A stretch of 62,115 bases of DNA, counting the filler, from Chiloscyllium plagiosum (Eukaryota): NCBI RefSeq assembly GCF_004010195.1. It is 3 parts of one record of this genome, joined end to end, with 100 filler letters (N's around TTAATTAATTAA, not from the genome) between each part and the next. Parts side by side here need not be neighbours in the genome. Positions count along the whole stretch, not along the records: positions 23,817 to 54,468 come from NC_057717.1; 2 more parts are not named here. One strand, written 5' to 3'. The position numbers and the translations under genes are program-made. Numbering within the stretch: the stretch's first letter is position 1; each line of letters starts with the position of its first letter. The notes under the pieces were generated by a model, which was given only the letters and a program-made list of their open reading frames with translations, was not told the origin of the DNA and did no database searches. Below, piece after piece: positions 26,048 to 39,685 of the stretch.

Positions 26048-28488
26048 CGAATCTCGCCTGTTGTGGAGGAGATTGTTGCATTTGTTACCACTCGCAATGG
26101 GGAGCAGGCGAATGCTGTGCCCAGTGCCACTCCTGCAATACGTTTTGAGCGCCACCCCAAGGGGTTAGTCCTGCGACATCCCAAGCGATGTTGCATTGCA
26201 ACAGCCACCTAATTCCACACACTCTGCCATTCTAACGCTACTCGTTTAAACCAGCAGCAATCAGGCCTTAATTCAGAAGGAGACAGCCCCTCAGTCATTG
26301 ACAGTTCTCTGACCCCGCAATTACCTGGAATAATAATAGGTCGCACTCCATTTGATAAACCATGGACCCACATTGATATCCGTGACATTTTACAAGACAT
26401 CCCAGACTGGATAAAGCAGCCTGTTCCCTTTTATAATTGGCTTTTACAAATTTGTGACATTTATGACTGCCTTCCCCAGGTTGTACAGACTTTACTGCAA
26501 CTGGCTTACGGTTCCCATTGATCTTCACTTAAAGGATCTATTAATTTTCCCTCACAACATCGGTACACGACTGAGGTGCGATCTGATTGGTTAGGTAGAT
26601 GTGTCAGAGATGCCATTGAGTGCCGCCAGGCAACAGAGTGATGTTGGTGAAGTTATATGCTGCCTGCAGAGGGCATCTGAGACTGTCCCTAATTTTCTTG
26701 CTCGAATCAGAGACACATGGGATTGTTCAGCTGGAATTCTTATAAATGATAATGAAAAACTAGCCGTTCAGACACTTACCAATTGTATCCGACCTTATCA
26801 TGCCCAGCTTTATAAGGTTCAGATCCTGACTTGCCAGATTGTCTCATGGAGAGATACTCTTACTACACTTAACAACAATAGATAGACAAGGTCTGTTTTG
26901 TAATAAAGTTGATAAACAGGCTTATACTCAATTTAATTTTGTTGCCTCTCATTCCCAGGGTCTGCCCTGCATTGACAAATGACTTGTTAAGTGTTGGTCT
27001 TGTGGTCCGTATGGGCACTGGGAGCAGAACTGCCATGTGGCGTCTTCACAACGTGTTGTGCCCCCATGTACACTTTGAATTTACAAACGCCAATACCAGC
27101 CGTTTGAGATTCTTCCCATTCTCCTAGTGGCTCGGGCCACCCCGGTGTTGGGCGGGCAGAGGGTTGCAGCAGGACGCCCTGATAGGACTCTCCCAGTCCT
27201 CATCTGAAAATCCTGTGATGACAGTTGAAATGGGAGGGCGTTCCATTCCGGTTTTGGTGGATTCAGAGACCACTCATTCTTCTGCACCTCCCACTTAGTT
27301 CTGACTCGGTCCATGCTATCGGTGCCTCTGCTTTACTTTGGTTGACCCCATCCTAATACTATCCTTATTATTGTTACAGTTCCATACTCAGCCATTATTT
27401 CACTGTCCTGCCCAATCACTTTTCCAGATCATGAGACTCTTTGCAAACGTAATGCCTCCATTCATTGTTGCCCTAAAAGCGTGGTTTTTGAGATTCCTGA
27501 GTCTCGCTATGCTGCATATGGCCATGACAGAAACTTCACCATCGCCCCCTTCCGTGAATGGCTGACAGTGTGCCACTGAGTCACTTCGTTCATTATTATC
27601 GTCCCTCATTGCGCAGCTACAGGCTGCCCCTTTGTTCCCCCGCGTTTCTTTTCTGCACTACATCCTTTTGACAGATCATCCCTTTCAGGATTTTTATTGT
27701 TCCATGGCCCACTTCTGTGTGCCTGATCCGCCATACTCTGAGTTTGCTGATTTTCACTTTAGTACAATTTCTGATATGACCCTTACTAGCCTTTGTTGTG
27801 TTGGCGTTCAGAGATTTTCAGCTGAAGTTCGTCTTTCCTCCTCACAATTCAAGGTTCTTCGCCCTGTGGTGTCTCCTTTTGTTGCTTTTGTCCTGAAGAC
27901 TGTCACTTCAAATCCTGAAGCTCAATCACCGTCGGTCCATCAGTATCCATTCACACCCACTTCTATTGAAGGCATTAGACCTGTTAATGTTCCCCTTTTA
28001 AATTCAGGGTATCCTTATTCATATGCATAACCCAGGCAACATCCCTTTTCTCCCTGTACCGAAACCCGATAAATCTGACAGATGGAGATTTTTTCAGGAT
28101 CTATTAATGCTGTTATTGGCACTCGCTACCCCGTAGTCCTGACACAAATGCTATCCTGACTTCCATCTCTTCTTCGGCGACTTGTTTTTTTTTCCTTGGT
28201 TGACCTCTGCTCCGCCTTCTTTTCTATTACCATTTTGCCTTCACTTTTGGCGGCCGTCAATATGCATGGATCAATATGCACAGATACCCCCAACGGTATA
28301 CGGAGAACTCAATGTTTCTCCAGCCGCTGTACAGCGTACTTTAGACGGTTTGCACATGCCCTTCAGCAGTGTACTTGCTCAATCTGCTGGTGATTTACTC
28401 ATTGCCTCCTCTGCGTCTGATGGTTGTATGCAAGATACCATTGTCTTGCTCCGGGGTTTGGCACAGGATGGCCGCAACGTTTCATTGG

Positions 28489-28812
28489 ACAAAATGCAGC
28501 TCTGCCAACCCAAGAACTCATCGAAAGGACAATGGACTCCAAAATTGATACAAAACTTTGAACGTTGAAAATCTGTACTAAGTACATCACCTGCCTTGGG
28601 TCTTCCTGATTATGCTCAGTGGTTTCAAATTTATGTTGTTGAAAGGGAGAACAAAATGCAGCTCTGCCAACCCAAGAACTCATCGAAAGGACAATGGACT
28701 CCAAAATTGATACAAAACTTTGAACGTTGAAAATCTGTACTAAGTACATCACCTGCCTTGGGTCTTCCTGATTATGCTCAGTGGTTTCAAATTTATGTTG
28801 TTGAAAGGGAGA
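28489..28812. repeat. Apparently perfect 162-bp tandem duplication in ERV-A pol
   Basis: 28489-28650 = 28651-28812; one copy in ERV-B. Confidence 0.95.
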
Positions 28813-29699
28813 GTACTGCCTCTAGAATTTTGACACAGATGTATGGGTCTCTCTGTCGTCCTGTTGCCTTTTATTCTGTCCATTTTCCTACTGTTTTAAG
28901 GGGAATGCTGGCATTTTTGCGAGCTGCGACAAATGCTTCAGTAGTGGTAGAAAAGTCTACCCCCTTGTTTTCAAACACCCATGCACAGTTTTTGTTCCAC
29001 ATTCAGTCTCTCGGCTGTTAAATTCTGCAGCTTAACAGCATTTTACTGCTTCTAGGCGTACGGGCTATAAGGACATCTTACCCTCCTGGTCTAATCTCAC
29101 TCTCTGCCATGCCACGTCTTTGAATCCCGCTATCCTCCTTCCTGTTACTGACTCCTTAGAGTAACTGATCATGAGTGTATACATGTCGTCTGTGATGTTG
29201 TTACCGCTCGTCCCGACCTTTCTAAAATCCGCCTACATAATACTTTTTACTGATCGCTCCTCCTACAGGCGTGCAGATCATTTAACACTACCGAGCTGTG
29301 CTGTCTGCACACCATCTGAAGTCCTCGAATCTGCTGCTCTCCCTCATGGCACATCTGCACAAACAGCTGAGCTTTTTGCTCTTACACGCGCATGCATTTT
29401 AGCTACTGGAAAATCAGATCATATTTATCTTGTTCCCCGCTATGCTTTTGGAGTGTTTCAAGATTTTGGGACTCTCTGGAAGCATAGAGGTTTTATCACT
29501 TCTGCGGGTAAACCTACACAACACAGTCAACTTATTAATAACCTTTTGGAGGCCATAATCCTCCCTTCGACTGCAGCTGTTACGAAATGCACTGCACGCA
29601 TGGCTGCTGGAGATGTCATCACTTGTGGCAACGCCTTCACTGACAGGGCTGCCTAGGTGGCTACTGCAGATTGCACTAACCTAACCTAACCTGATATAA

Positions 29700-29835
29700 C
29701 CCAATTCGTGAAGAAGGGCTTGTGCCCGAAAAGTCGCTTCTCCTGTTCCTTGGATGCTGCCTGGCCTGCTGCGCTGTTCCAGCAACACATTTTCAGCTCT
29801 GATCTCCAGCATCTGCAGAACTCACTTTCTCCTCT
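29700..29835 (+). mobile_element. Penelope-like 3' terminal insert (ERV-A only)
   Basis: TGAAGAAGGGCTTGTGCCCGAAAAGTC...CTCCAGCATCTGCAG..CTCACTTTCTCC; absent at matching ERV-B site ~42880. Confidence 0.8.
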
Positions 29836-31029
29836 TAACCTAATATATGCCAGTTTCTTATTGTTCTTGATGTTCAGATTATTAGATGTTGTCTGAAACG
29901 CACAGATGGCATTTTCACAATCTGAGATAGACTATTGTGCTAGTTTAGGTGTCACTGATTCGACTACTTACACTTCCTGATGGCCGTATTATCTGCCCAG
30001 ATCCCATTTACATGTCCTGGAAATAGCCGACAATGGGGTTGGCTATATTGGCAAATGGGGCATGTGTCATCTGGTCATGAATTTTTGGTTTGTACCTGGG
30101 TTTACCACTGCTGCTTGTGCTTTGTTATCGCGTTGTCTTCCTTACGTACAAAATGATAACTCAAAACCATTGTCCAAGTTTGACCATCTTCCTGCCCACG
30201 GCGGCATATTTGTGAAACATCAAATAGATATTGCCCATATGCCCAATTGTCCAGGTTTTTAATACCTGTTGGTTATTTTTGATATGTTCTCAAAGTGGTT
30301 TGAGGCTTTTGCCTCCAAAAAGGATGATGGTAGGAGATTTGCTAAGGGTTGATGCGAGATGCCATCCTTATATATGGAGACCCTGGTTCTGTTGGTAGTA
30401 ATGGGACATTTATTTCACGACAGCTGTTTAAAGGATATTTGTAAGGCTCTGGCTATCTCCTGGTGGCATCATATTCCTTATCAGCCACAAACCTTGAGTA
30501 TGGAGGAAAAGATGAATGGCATCCTTAAAGTAGTCTTTACCAGAATCTTGCAAGAGGCAGGTTTGCCTTACCTTCGCTTTATATTCTATTCGGAATCAGT
30601 TTAATCGTTCAGCAATTCTCACCACTTTTGAGGTTTTAATGGGTAGACCTATGCCTACTGCAACTGGGCATCCTGTGCTGCCAGTTGACGTCGTCCTGTT
30701 TCTGACACAAGAGTTATGATTGATGACACTAGTGTTTTTTCAGAACTTCTTATTAGAAATCATGATACTGTCAATTCGGACATTCCTGTTTTTAAAACTG
30801 GTCCCATGCACCCTTTCCAGCCAAGGGATGATGTGATTATTCAATCATTTGTAAAGAACTCTCTCTCTCCGAGATGAAAAGGTGCATTCCTTATCCTATT
30901 GGTGACGCGAACAGCTCTCAAAGTCATGGGGAAAGCAGAATGGACCAATGCCACTCATTGCAAGAGAGCTCCACCTCAAGGAAAAAAATCTTTTGGCTAC
31001 AGCTTCATTACCGATGCAACCAAAGACCA

Positions 31030-32466
31030 CAGATATTTTCAATTAATTGTGTTTGCCGTTCTTTTACTGTTTTTTTGTTTGCTTTTTTGATGATGCTCTT
31101 ATTTGTTTGGGGTCGTCGATGTGACCAAGTGGTCCCTACGAAGAGAGAACTCCATTTAAATACTTTCCTTTATATGACATATCTATATGTACAGAACGTC
31201 AGCCACTCTGGATGTTGGGTATGCACTCATTTTCCGTTCCATTCCAAAGATGGACTTCCCTTAACGGCGGTCCCTTTGAATGAATCTGACACTGCTGAAT
31301 GGTGGTTACATCAACATCGTTCTGCTGCTGCTGCTGCTATGATTTTTTTTTGCATTCCCCCAACTTCCTAAAAATAATGGGTGCTCCTTCCACTTATGGG
31401 GATATAACCCGCCTACGGTGGTGATCAGGGGATATGCGATGCCCACTTTTGAAGGCTGGTTCCAGCCTCTATATAATCTATCACGTATACCCCCGTTTCT
31501 GTTCCTCGCAAATGTCATGTCCACGACTGCACCTTGACCAAGTATTTGCATTAAAAGGAAACACCATTTGGGTTGGTAGCCTGAGTTCAGTAAATGCCTT
31601 CACTCAATCCTCCTTTCAACATCTGATTTTCCATCCACTATGGATGGCAGCACACTTATTCTCACTGTTCCTAACAGGACTGCCATGAAAAATCTTTCAC
31701 CACCTTTTGGACTGGTGTGGAAAGTGATCTTTTGTTCGCTTTCAATGGCACTAAATTTGTTTCTGGTCAGAAGGCCTACCCCTGACTACTAGTTTCCAGG
31801 AATGGCTGCTGCTATCTAGGGCAGGTCGTCCCTTTCCTTTGACACTCCCACACCTCACCGTTTGAGAGTCTGATGCCTCGTACGAAAAGATCACTTACTA
31901 TTTTTCAACATCTTTTGACTATTTTGTTCTCCTCCCTATGGCACCATTCAACTTGAGGTTCAGGTTCGAAGGATTGCCACCGCTGTGGAGGAGATTTCAA
32001 ATGTCACTGCTTCAGCTTTTGACCGCCGTAATGAAGAGATGGTAGATATCCGTACCGTGGCCCTTCAGAATCGCATGGCCCTTGATTATCTTTTAGCTGA
32101 AAAAGGGAGCACTCTGATTCTCGTGAAAGCATTACAAACATACCTGTACATATTCGCAGGGTGGCGTCCTCTCTTCGTGATGTAAGCCCAGATTGGGATC
32201 TTTGGACTTGGGTGGGTAGTTTATTTGGCTCTAGATCTTTCACACGTTTACAGAGCCTTGTGGTTCTAATTGCAATTTCAGTTCTGTTTTCCCTTGTCAT
32301 TGTTATATTTAAACGATGCCCTGCCCGTTTTGGGCACTACTGGTACTACCCTCTCCTGTTTCTTCCCAGTTTGTACATTTTTCTGTCTCTAATGTACCCT
32401 CAACATTTTATGAAATCTCTGATTCTATTAGTTGTGAAATCCCTTCCTCTGATAATTACCTGAATG
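31030..32466 (+). pseudogene. env: ERV-A env (gamma-type)
   Basis: Signal-like hydrophobic start, CWVC, RTKR furin site ~31879, LQNRMALDYLLAEKG immunosuppressive domain, TM helix; CX6CC deleted. Confidence 0.88.
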
Positions 32467-32575
32467 ACCATGAACCCCCATCACCTGACAACCCCCGGGA
32501 CTCGTAATGTTCCTCTTTTTGCCAATTCTACTGAACTGCCACTTTGAGTTGGAGAAAAGAAAAAAAGGAAGAAAT

Positions 32576-33071
32576 TGTGGGAGATCTGTTATAACCGAAG
32601 CAGACATTTTGTCGCATATCGACAGCCTGGAATCCATTCTATTTTTCATATTCGTGTCTGTTTGCACGATCCCAGGCTCAGAGAGCTGGCTGACCTTGGA
32701 GCTGTACAAGCAGCTGATAGTGAACTCTTTCCAACATGGGAATGTTGTTCTTTTACAAGAATCTTTTGTTACAATAATTGTTCATCAACTACTTACTAGC
32801 ACTGTCCAGACAGCTACATGACTTGGCCTCGTGCTTCATTCTGGTTCAATTAACAGTTTGCTAATTGCTAAATGATTATAACCTTAGTGACCACACAACT
32901 CTCTGCACCTCATCGGAATGACTTGTGGCCTGTGACCATCGTGGTCGACTTGTGCCCGTGAGCTCATGAATAAACAGTCAGCAACTCAAGGCTTATGGGG
33001 CCTGAGTCGTTTTCCTTAATTTGGATCGATACGATAAATCTTAGATTGATTATTTTTGCTCTGATCTCCAA
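32576..33071 (+). mobile_element. ERV-A 3' LTR
   Basis: Polypurine tract then TGTGGGAG; AATAAA ~32968; end matches 5' LTR U5. Confidence 0.88.
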
Positions 33072-36000
33072 GCGTATGCATAGTTGCCGTGCATAATTCG
33101 ACATATTACTGTTCAGTGTTTGTGCACTGCCTACAAGGCACAGGCCAAAAATGCCCCGCCGCAATGCTCTCCATTGTACAGAGGAGTGCAGCTCGAACAA
33201 GACCGAAGAAGCTCGAATCTAATCCATGGCAAAGTCGGCCCCTTTGATGAGCATTCAAATCACCAGCAACAATATTCAATTCCTTTATTCGCCATGCATA
33301 CTGGAAACTGCAGCGTAATTAACAAATTTCACTGCAGCAATGGACAAGGTTACTTTGACCAGAAAGTCCATTCGCACAGTGTACCTCAGGTAATGAGAAA
33401 AGGACATGACAATAACAAAAGAGCATCAACAATTTATCCCATCGAGCCAGTTCTGCCATGCAATGAGATGATCTATTGTGAAACTCGACATACCTATCTT
33501 TGTCCTATTCTCGCAATCTCGCTTGACAAATAATCACAATAAAAGGCAATCTTCAATATACATTCTCAAAAAATCTAGCGTCAACAGCCGTTTAAGGAAA
33601 AGCGCTCTGAACATCTCCATACTTTCTGCTCAGAGGAGTATTATGATATTTCTCCTGATAAATCTGGCCCTATTTTCTTCAGGTAATCTATCAACTTTAT
33701 GGAATCTCCAAAAAGTGGGAATTGTTCATGTTCGTCTGTTCTTGGTTTTCTGTTCATACCTTGAAGACATTGCTTGCAACATCCCTTAACATTCAAACTT
33801 NNNNNNNNNNNNNNNNNNNNNNNNNNNNNNNNNNNNNNNNNNNNNNNNNNNNNNNNNNNNNNNNNNNNNNNNNNNNNNNNNNNNNNNNNNNNNNNNNNNN
33901 NNNNNNNNNNNNNNNNNNNNNNNNNNNNNNNNNNNNNNNNNNNNNNNNNNNNNNNNNNNNNNNNNNNNNNNNNNNNNNNNNNNNNNNNNNNNNNNNNNNN
34001 NNNNNNNNNNNNNNNNNNNNNNNNNNNNNNNNNNNNNNNNNNNNNNNNNNNNNNNNNNNNNNNNNNNNNCCCTATTCTTGTCATCCTGCATTCCGACGGC
34101 AATCAACTGAAACTTGACATCATTTTACTCTAGGAGATAACTAATGCAAACACAAGGGGAATGTACAAACCCCACATATACAGTCGCCCGAGGCTGAAAT
34201 CGAGCCATGGTGCCCGGGTCCATACAACAGCAGGGTAACTATAGAGGCATCGTACTGCCGAATGGAAGGCAAATAAGTAAAGGCATATTTGGAACTATGA
34301 ACATGCTGACAGGAAAAGGAGACAGAATGCTAACATTGAAGAGGATTTCCCGTGTGCTTCGGAACAAACAAATTGAACCAGTTCGATTGAGAGATTGAAG
34401 TTCAAAGTGACTGAGAGATATTCTGGATGTAAAATAGCGTGATATCATTATATGTCAGGTCCAGAGAAATGTCCTCAAACACAATGAGAATAGATAAGAA
34501 AGTTTAAAGATGGATTTGACACAGTCTATTTCAATTAACGTCCATCAACCTTCTCCATTGTAGACCAGGTTATTTGATGAGTACAATTCAGAGCAGCAAT
34601 TAGTCGACATTCGGATAACGCTTCAAGTTCGTCATTCCAGCTCTGCAGTACGTATTTCAAAAGTGATGCTATGTTGATCAGGCAACCTCAGGCCCAGTGA
34701 GTTCAAACTCAGTACTAGGGGGGGCTTGTTTAATTAAAATGCCTTGCATATGAGGGAGGAATGACGGATGGTTCACGATGGCAATGTTACTTATATCATG
34801 TCTAAATGGAAACTGACAGTGTAAAAATGCTTCAAATAATGCGTGTTCACAATGTTGTTATCGATATGAGAATTCCTTCGAGTTGAATTTAGCAAAAATC
34901 GGTTTTCTGATTTCTGTCCTTCCTGACATGTACTGACGTTTAAATATTGCGGAGCACGACCTCAAAACGTGGGCAAGCCTAAATTTGCGTGAATTATCTA
35001 GACGCGAGGTAAGAGTGCCGAATGGATAACGGAGTTGACACAGATTAATTCACAGTGAAATGATCTCAGCCATTTTTATTGAAGTATTGGAATATTAAAC
35101 CCAGCATGTTAATTGGAAAAAAGATGATGGAAAACAGGCACAGGGTTTATATCGATGGATGTTATTTGATTTGCTGTGACAGATTAAGATCACAGCCCAT
35201 GAAGTGTACTGCACATCAGCCTTTAACAAAATGAAAGTAGAATGGTAAGTTAATCAAGCTATACTATATGCCAATAATGCTTATTTTGACCAAAGAGTAC
35301 ATAGTATGCAATTCTGGCCCCGGTGTCGTTGAGAGATAGCAAAATCAGAAAGCGTTTAAATAAATTCATCAGGGTGGTTCTGTGGAGAGTAAGGTAAATC
35401 CTAGGTGATGAAAATGTCTCCCTTGACAGAAGTGGAGGACACGAATTCAAATCAATTCACAAGAGTAAGCATGTAGAAACGGTGTGAAAATCATTACACA
35501 CGGAAGCGCAGAACATGATCTCAAATGGCTTTCCAGGAATTGTATCCATTGTAGCCGATGTAAAGGCAATTGAAAGCAAATGTAACTCTGATATGAAATG
35601 TGCAGACTTGCGGACAGAAACGAAAAGAAAACAATGAAACCCTGAGGAAACCTTTCAGATGATCTTCCCTTTCCGACGTCCACATTGGTCAAATAGACTG
35701 AATAAAAGCCTTTGATCTGATTACTGTCTGACTCTTTACGCGGATTTACGTCCTCCAGTAATGTTCTTGTTATCCTGTCAACAGGACATCGCCGGTAGCG
35801 AGGGCCGGCGATAGCTCATGCTAATTCTGTGTGTTAACTGCATCGGGTGCGCATGTTTTGTTAATGTCCTCAGAAAAGAGAACAAGTACCACTCATCTCT
35901 CACTCTGTTGTCATTGCATGTCATCATAGATTCACAGTGTCATACAGCATGGAAAAAGACTATTCAGTTAAACCAGGCCATTCCGAACATAATTCCAATT

Positions 36001-36321
36001 TGAACTGGTCCCATCTGTCTGCTCCAGACCCAATCTCTTCTGAACTTTCCTATTCTTGTATCTCTGCAAATATCATTTAAACGTTGTAATTGTATTCCTA
36101 ATCAAACGCCATGTAACATATCCATTGCCAAAGGAACAGTCTGCTGAACATTACCTGATCACTGTGGCAATGAGATCTAAAAATGACCACCATTTGCTGA
36201 TGATGAAAGGCCTCGGGAGTACGTTTGCTTCACGATGTGGAGTTAACCACAGCAACCTCCCACTCAATGTCCCACAATGTGAAATGAAATGAACATCAAT
36301 TCTAAGGTCGCGATGCTTTAG

Positions 36322-36645
36322 TTATTTACATAGTCTAATTAATTGGAAAAAGGAAGAAAAGAGATATTTAAGCATATTAGTTAAATGTCTTCTGAACTTC
36401 GACTGGATACCAGCATAAACACAAGTGTTTGTGCAGCAGCCCGAGGTTTGCAGAATGAAGCTCAGTTCAAGTACAAAGTAGTGTATATGTATATTCTTAT
36501 ATCCCAAGTTTGCTATCCGTTTCCATAAACAAAACAGCGTCATCAACCCGCGTAGTAGGATGAAATTTCCTGAGATAACGAACAGGAAAAGAATAGATTT
36601 CCTTCGGCTCTCCCCCTCTGGATCTCCATGACACTCCCAAATTCT
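36322..36645 (-). CDS. GPR139/142-like GPCR, C-terminal part of main exon (TM6-TM7-stop); rest lost in gap
   Basis: Open frame GDPEGESRRKSILFLFVISGNFILLR..LQTSGCCTNTCVYAGIQSKFR..*, paralogous to 58828-59735; could be a pseudogene. Confidence 0.7.
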   Translation of the reverse strand, partial: RIWECHGDPEGESRRKSILFLFVISGNFILLRGLMTLFCLWKRIANLGYKNIHIHYFVLELSFILQTSGCCTNTCVYAGIQSKFRRHLTNMLKYLFSSFFQLIRLCK

Positions 36646-38559
36646 NNNNNNNNNNNNNNNNNNNNNNNNNNNNNNNNNNNNNNNNNNNNNNNNNNNNNNN
36701 NNNNNNNNNNNNNNNNNNNNNNNNNNNNNNNNNNNNNNNNNNNNNNNNNNNNNNNNNNNNNNNNNNNNNNNNNNNNNNNNNNNNNNNNNNNNNNNNNNNN
36801 NNNNNNNNNNNNNNNNNNNNNNNNNNNNNNNNNNNNNNNNNNNNNNNNNNNNNNNNNNNNNNNNNNNNNNNNNNNNNNNNNNNNNNNNNNNNNNNNNNNN
36901 NNNNNNNNNNNNNNNNNNNNNNNNNNNNNNNNNNNNNNNNNNNNNNNNNNNNNNNNNNNNNNNNNNNNNNNNNNNNNNNNNNNNNNNNNNNNNNNNNNNN
37001 NNNNNNNNNNNNNNNNNNNNNNNNNNNNNNNNNNNNNNNNNNNNNNNNNNNNNNNNNNNNNNNNNNNNNNNNNNNNNNNNNNNNNNNNNNNNNNNNNNNN
37101 NNNNNNNNNNNNNNNNNNNNNNNNNNNNNNNNNNNNNNNNNNNNNGGTTTCCTCAGAGTTTCATTGTTCTCTTTTCATTTCTGTCCGCAAGTCTGCACAT
37201 TTCCTATCGATATTACATTTGCTTTCAACTGCCTTTATATCAGCCGCAATGGTTACAATACCTGGAAAGCCATTTGAGATCATGTTCTGCCCTTCCATGT
37301 GTAATGATTTTGACATCGTTTCCACATGTTTACTCTTGTGAATTGATTTGAATTCGTGTCCTTCACTTTTGTCAAGAGAGGCATTTTCACCACCTCGGAT
37401 TTACATTGCCATCCACGGACCTACCCTGATGAATTTATTTAAATGCTTTCTGATTTTGCTGTCTCCCAACGACACCGGGACCAGAATTGCATACTATGTA
37501 CTCTTTGGTCAAAGTAGGCATTATTGAAACATAGCATAGCTTGATTAACTTACCATTCTACTTTCATTTCGTTAAAGGCTTATGTGCAGTGCACTTCATG
37601 GGCTGTGATCTCAATCTGTCACAACAAATCAAATAACATCCATCGATATAAACCCTGTGCCGGTTTACCATCGTCTTTTTCCAATTAACATGCTGGGTTT
37701 AATATTCCATGATGTTGAAATACTTCAACAAATATCACTGAGATCATTTCACTCTGAATTAATCTGCATCAGCTCCGATATCCATTCGGTACTCCTACCT
37801 CCCCTCCAGATAATTCACGCAAATTTAGGCTTACCCATCAGGTCAAGTTTCGAGGTAGTGCTCCGCATAGCAATATTTAAACGTCAGTACATGTCAGGAA
37901 GGACAGAAATCAGAAAACCGATTTTGGTAAATTCAACTCGAAGGAATTCTCATATCGATAACAATATTGTAAACACGCATTATTTGAAGCATTTTTACAC
38001 TGTCAGTTTCCATTTAGACATGATTAAAGTAACATTGCTATCGTGAACCATCAGTCATTCCTCCCTCATATGCAAGGCAGTTTTTATATAAGCCTCCCTA
38101 TTACTGAGTTTGAGCTCACTGGACCTGAGGTTGCCTGGTCAACACAGTATCACTTTTGAATATGTGCTGCAGAGCGAGAATGACGCATTTGAAGCATTAT
38201 CCGAATGTCGACAGATTGCTGCTCGGAATTGTACTCATCAAATAACCTGATCTACAACGGAGAAGGTTGATGGAAGTTAATTGAAATAGAAACACTGTGT
38301 GGAATCCATCTTTAAACTTTCTTATCTGTTCTCGTTGTGTTTGAGGACATTTCTCTGCACCTGACATGTAATGATATCACACTATTTTAAGTCCAGAATA
38401 TCTCTCAGTCACTTTGAACTTCAATCTCTCAATGGAATTGGTTCAATTTCTTTGTTTCTAAGCACACGGGAAATGCTTTTCAATGTTATCATTCTGTCTC
38501 CTTTTCCTATCAGAATGTTCCTAATTCCAAATATGCCATTACTTATTTGCCTTCCATTC

Positions 38560-38830
38560 GGCAGCACGGTGCCTCTGTAGTTACCCTGCTGTTGTACAGA
38601 CCCGGGGACCATGGCTCGATTTCAGCTTCGGGTGACTGTATATGTGAGGTTTGTGCATTCACCTTGTGTTTGCATTAGTTATCTCCCAGAGTACAAAGAT
38701 GTCGAGTTTCAGTGGATTGCCGTCAGAATTCAGGATGACAAGAATAGGGTAGGGAGTGCGCATTGGTGTAATACTCTTCAGCTGTATAGCATGGATTCGA
38801 TTGGCTCAATTGCTTCTTCTACATAGGTAT
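38560..38830 (+). mobile_element. Degenerate HE1-type SINE (mirror copy at ~34070-34260, -)
   Basis: GGCAGCACGGTG head, GTGAGGTTTGTGCATTC core. Confidence 0.55.
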
Positions 38831-39685
38831 TCTATAATGAGCGTCTCATCTTTATGTCATATAAATTGACTCCGATCTTGCTGATTTTAACAAAGACAGA
38901 TGCACACACAGTTCTCGCATAATCAGAAATAATACAAATTAAGATTTTTGTCTCTCGAAGTTTGAATGTTAAGGGATGTTGCAAACAAAGTCTTCAAGAT
39001 ATGAAGAGAAAACCAAGAACAGATGAACATAAACAATTTCCACTTTTTGGAGATTCCATAAAAATGGTAGATTACCTGAAGAAAACAGGGCCAGATTGTT
39101 CAGGAGAAACATCATAATACTCCACTGAGCAGAAAGTATGGAGATGTTCAGAGCGCTTTTCCTTAAATGGCTGTTGACACTAGATTATTTGATCATGTAT
39201 ATTGAAGATAGCCTTTTATTGTGATTATTTGTTGAGCGAGATTGCGAGAATAGGACAAAGGTAGATATGTGGAGTTTGACAACATATCATCTCATTGCAT
39301 GGCAGACCAGGCTCGATGGGATAAGTGGTCGATGCTCTTTTGTTATTGACATGTCCTTTTCTCATTACCTGTGGCACACTGTAAGACTGGACTTTCTGGT
39401 CAAAGTAACCTTGTCCATTGCTGCAGTGAAATTTGTTAATAACGCTGCAGTTCCCAGTATGCATGGCTAATAAAGAAATTGAATATTGTTGTTGGTGGAT
39501 TGAATGTTCATCAAATGGGCCGACTTTGCCATGGATTAGATTCAAGCTTCTTTGGGCTTGTTCGAGCTGCACTCCTCTGCACAATGGAGAGCATTGCGGT
39601 GGGGTATTTTTGGCCTGTGCCTTGTAGGCAGTGAACAAACACTGAACAGTAATATGTCGAATTACGCACGGCAACTATGCATACG

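Larger units (their letters stand above)
25239..26495. repeat. 448-bp direct repeats (25239-25686, 26048-26495) flanking a Penelope-like insert
   Basis: Direct comparison; roughly six substitutions by eye; single copy in ERV-B. Confidence 0.95.
24657..27127 (+). pseudogene. gag: ERV-A gag
   Basis: MGSQLS myristoylation start, WPFVGSF matrix motif, capsid TPFDKPWT, MHR-like LQRASETVPNFLAR, CWSCGPYGHWEQNC knuckle; disrupted by insertions. Confidence 0.8.
27128..30990 (+). pseudogene. pol: ERV-A pro-pol (PR, 2H-like domain, RT, tether, RNase H, IN)
   Basis: LVDSET, QYPF..SIEGIRP, VDLCSAFFSI, QSAGDLLIAS, FTDRSS, SAQTAELFALTRAC, DMFSKWFEAF; many lesions. Confidence 0.88.
23817..33071 (+). mobile_element. 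ERV-A: decayed LTR-gag-pro-pol-env-LTR provirus (fish epsilon/gamma-like)
   Basis: Partial 5' LTR to ..CAACA 23934, PBS, gag, pro, RT, RNase H, IN, env, polypurine tract, 3' LTR. Confidence 0.93.

Noticed and set aside
33084..33533. 149-aa ORF conserved at 39225-39674 as a viral accessory or host gene
   Set aside because: Lies outside the LTR, has a non-ATG start and no motif; its conservation is explained by the duplication, though staying open in both arms merits a quick BLAST
33641..37341. Long ORFs containing X runs (also ~8515-8858 and 50135-50763)
   Set aside because: Artefacts of N gaps
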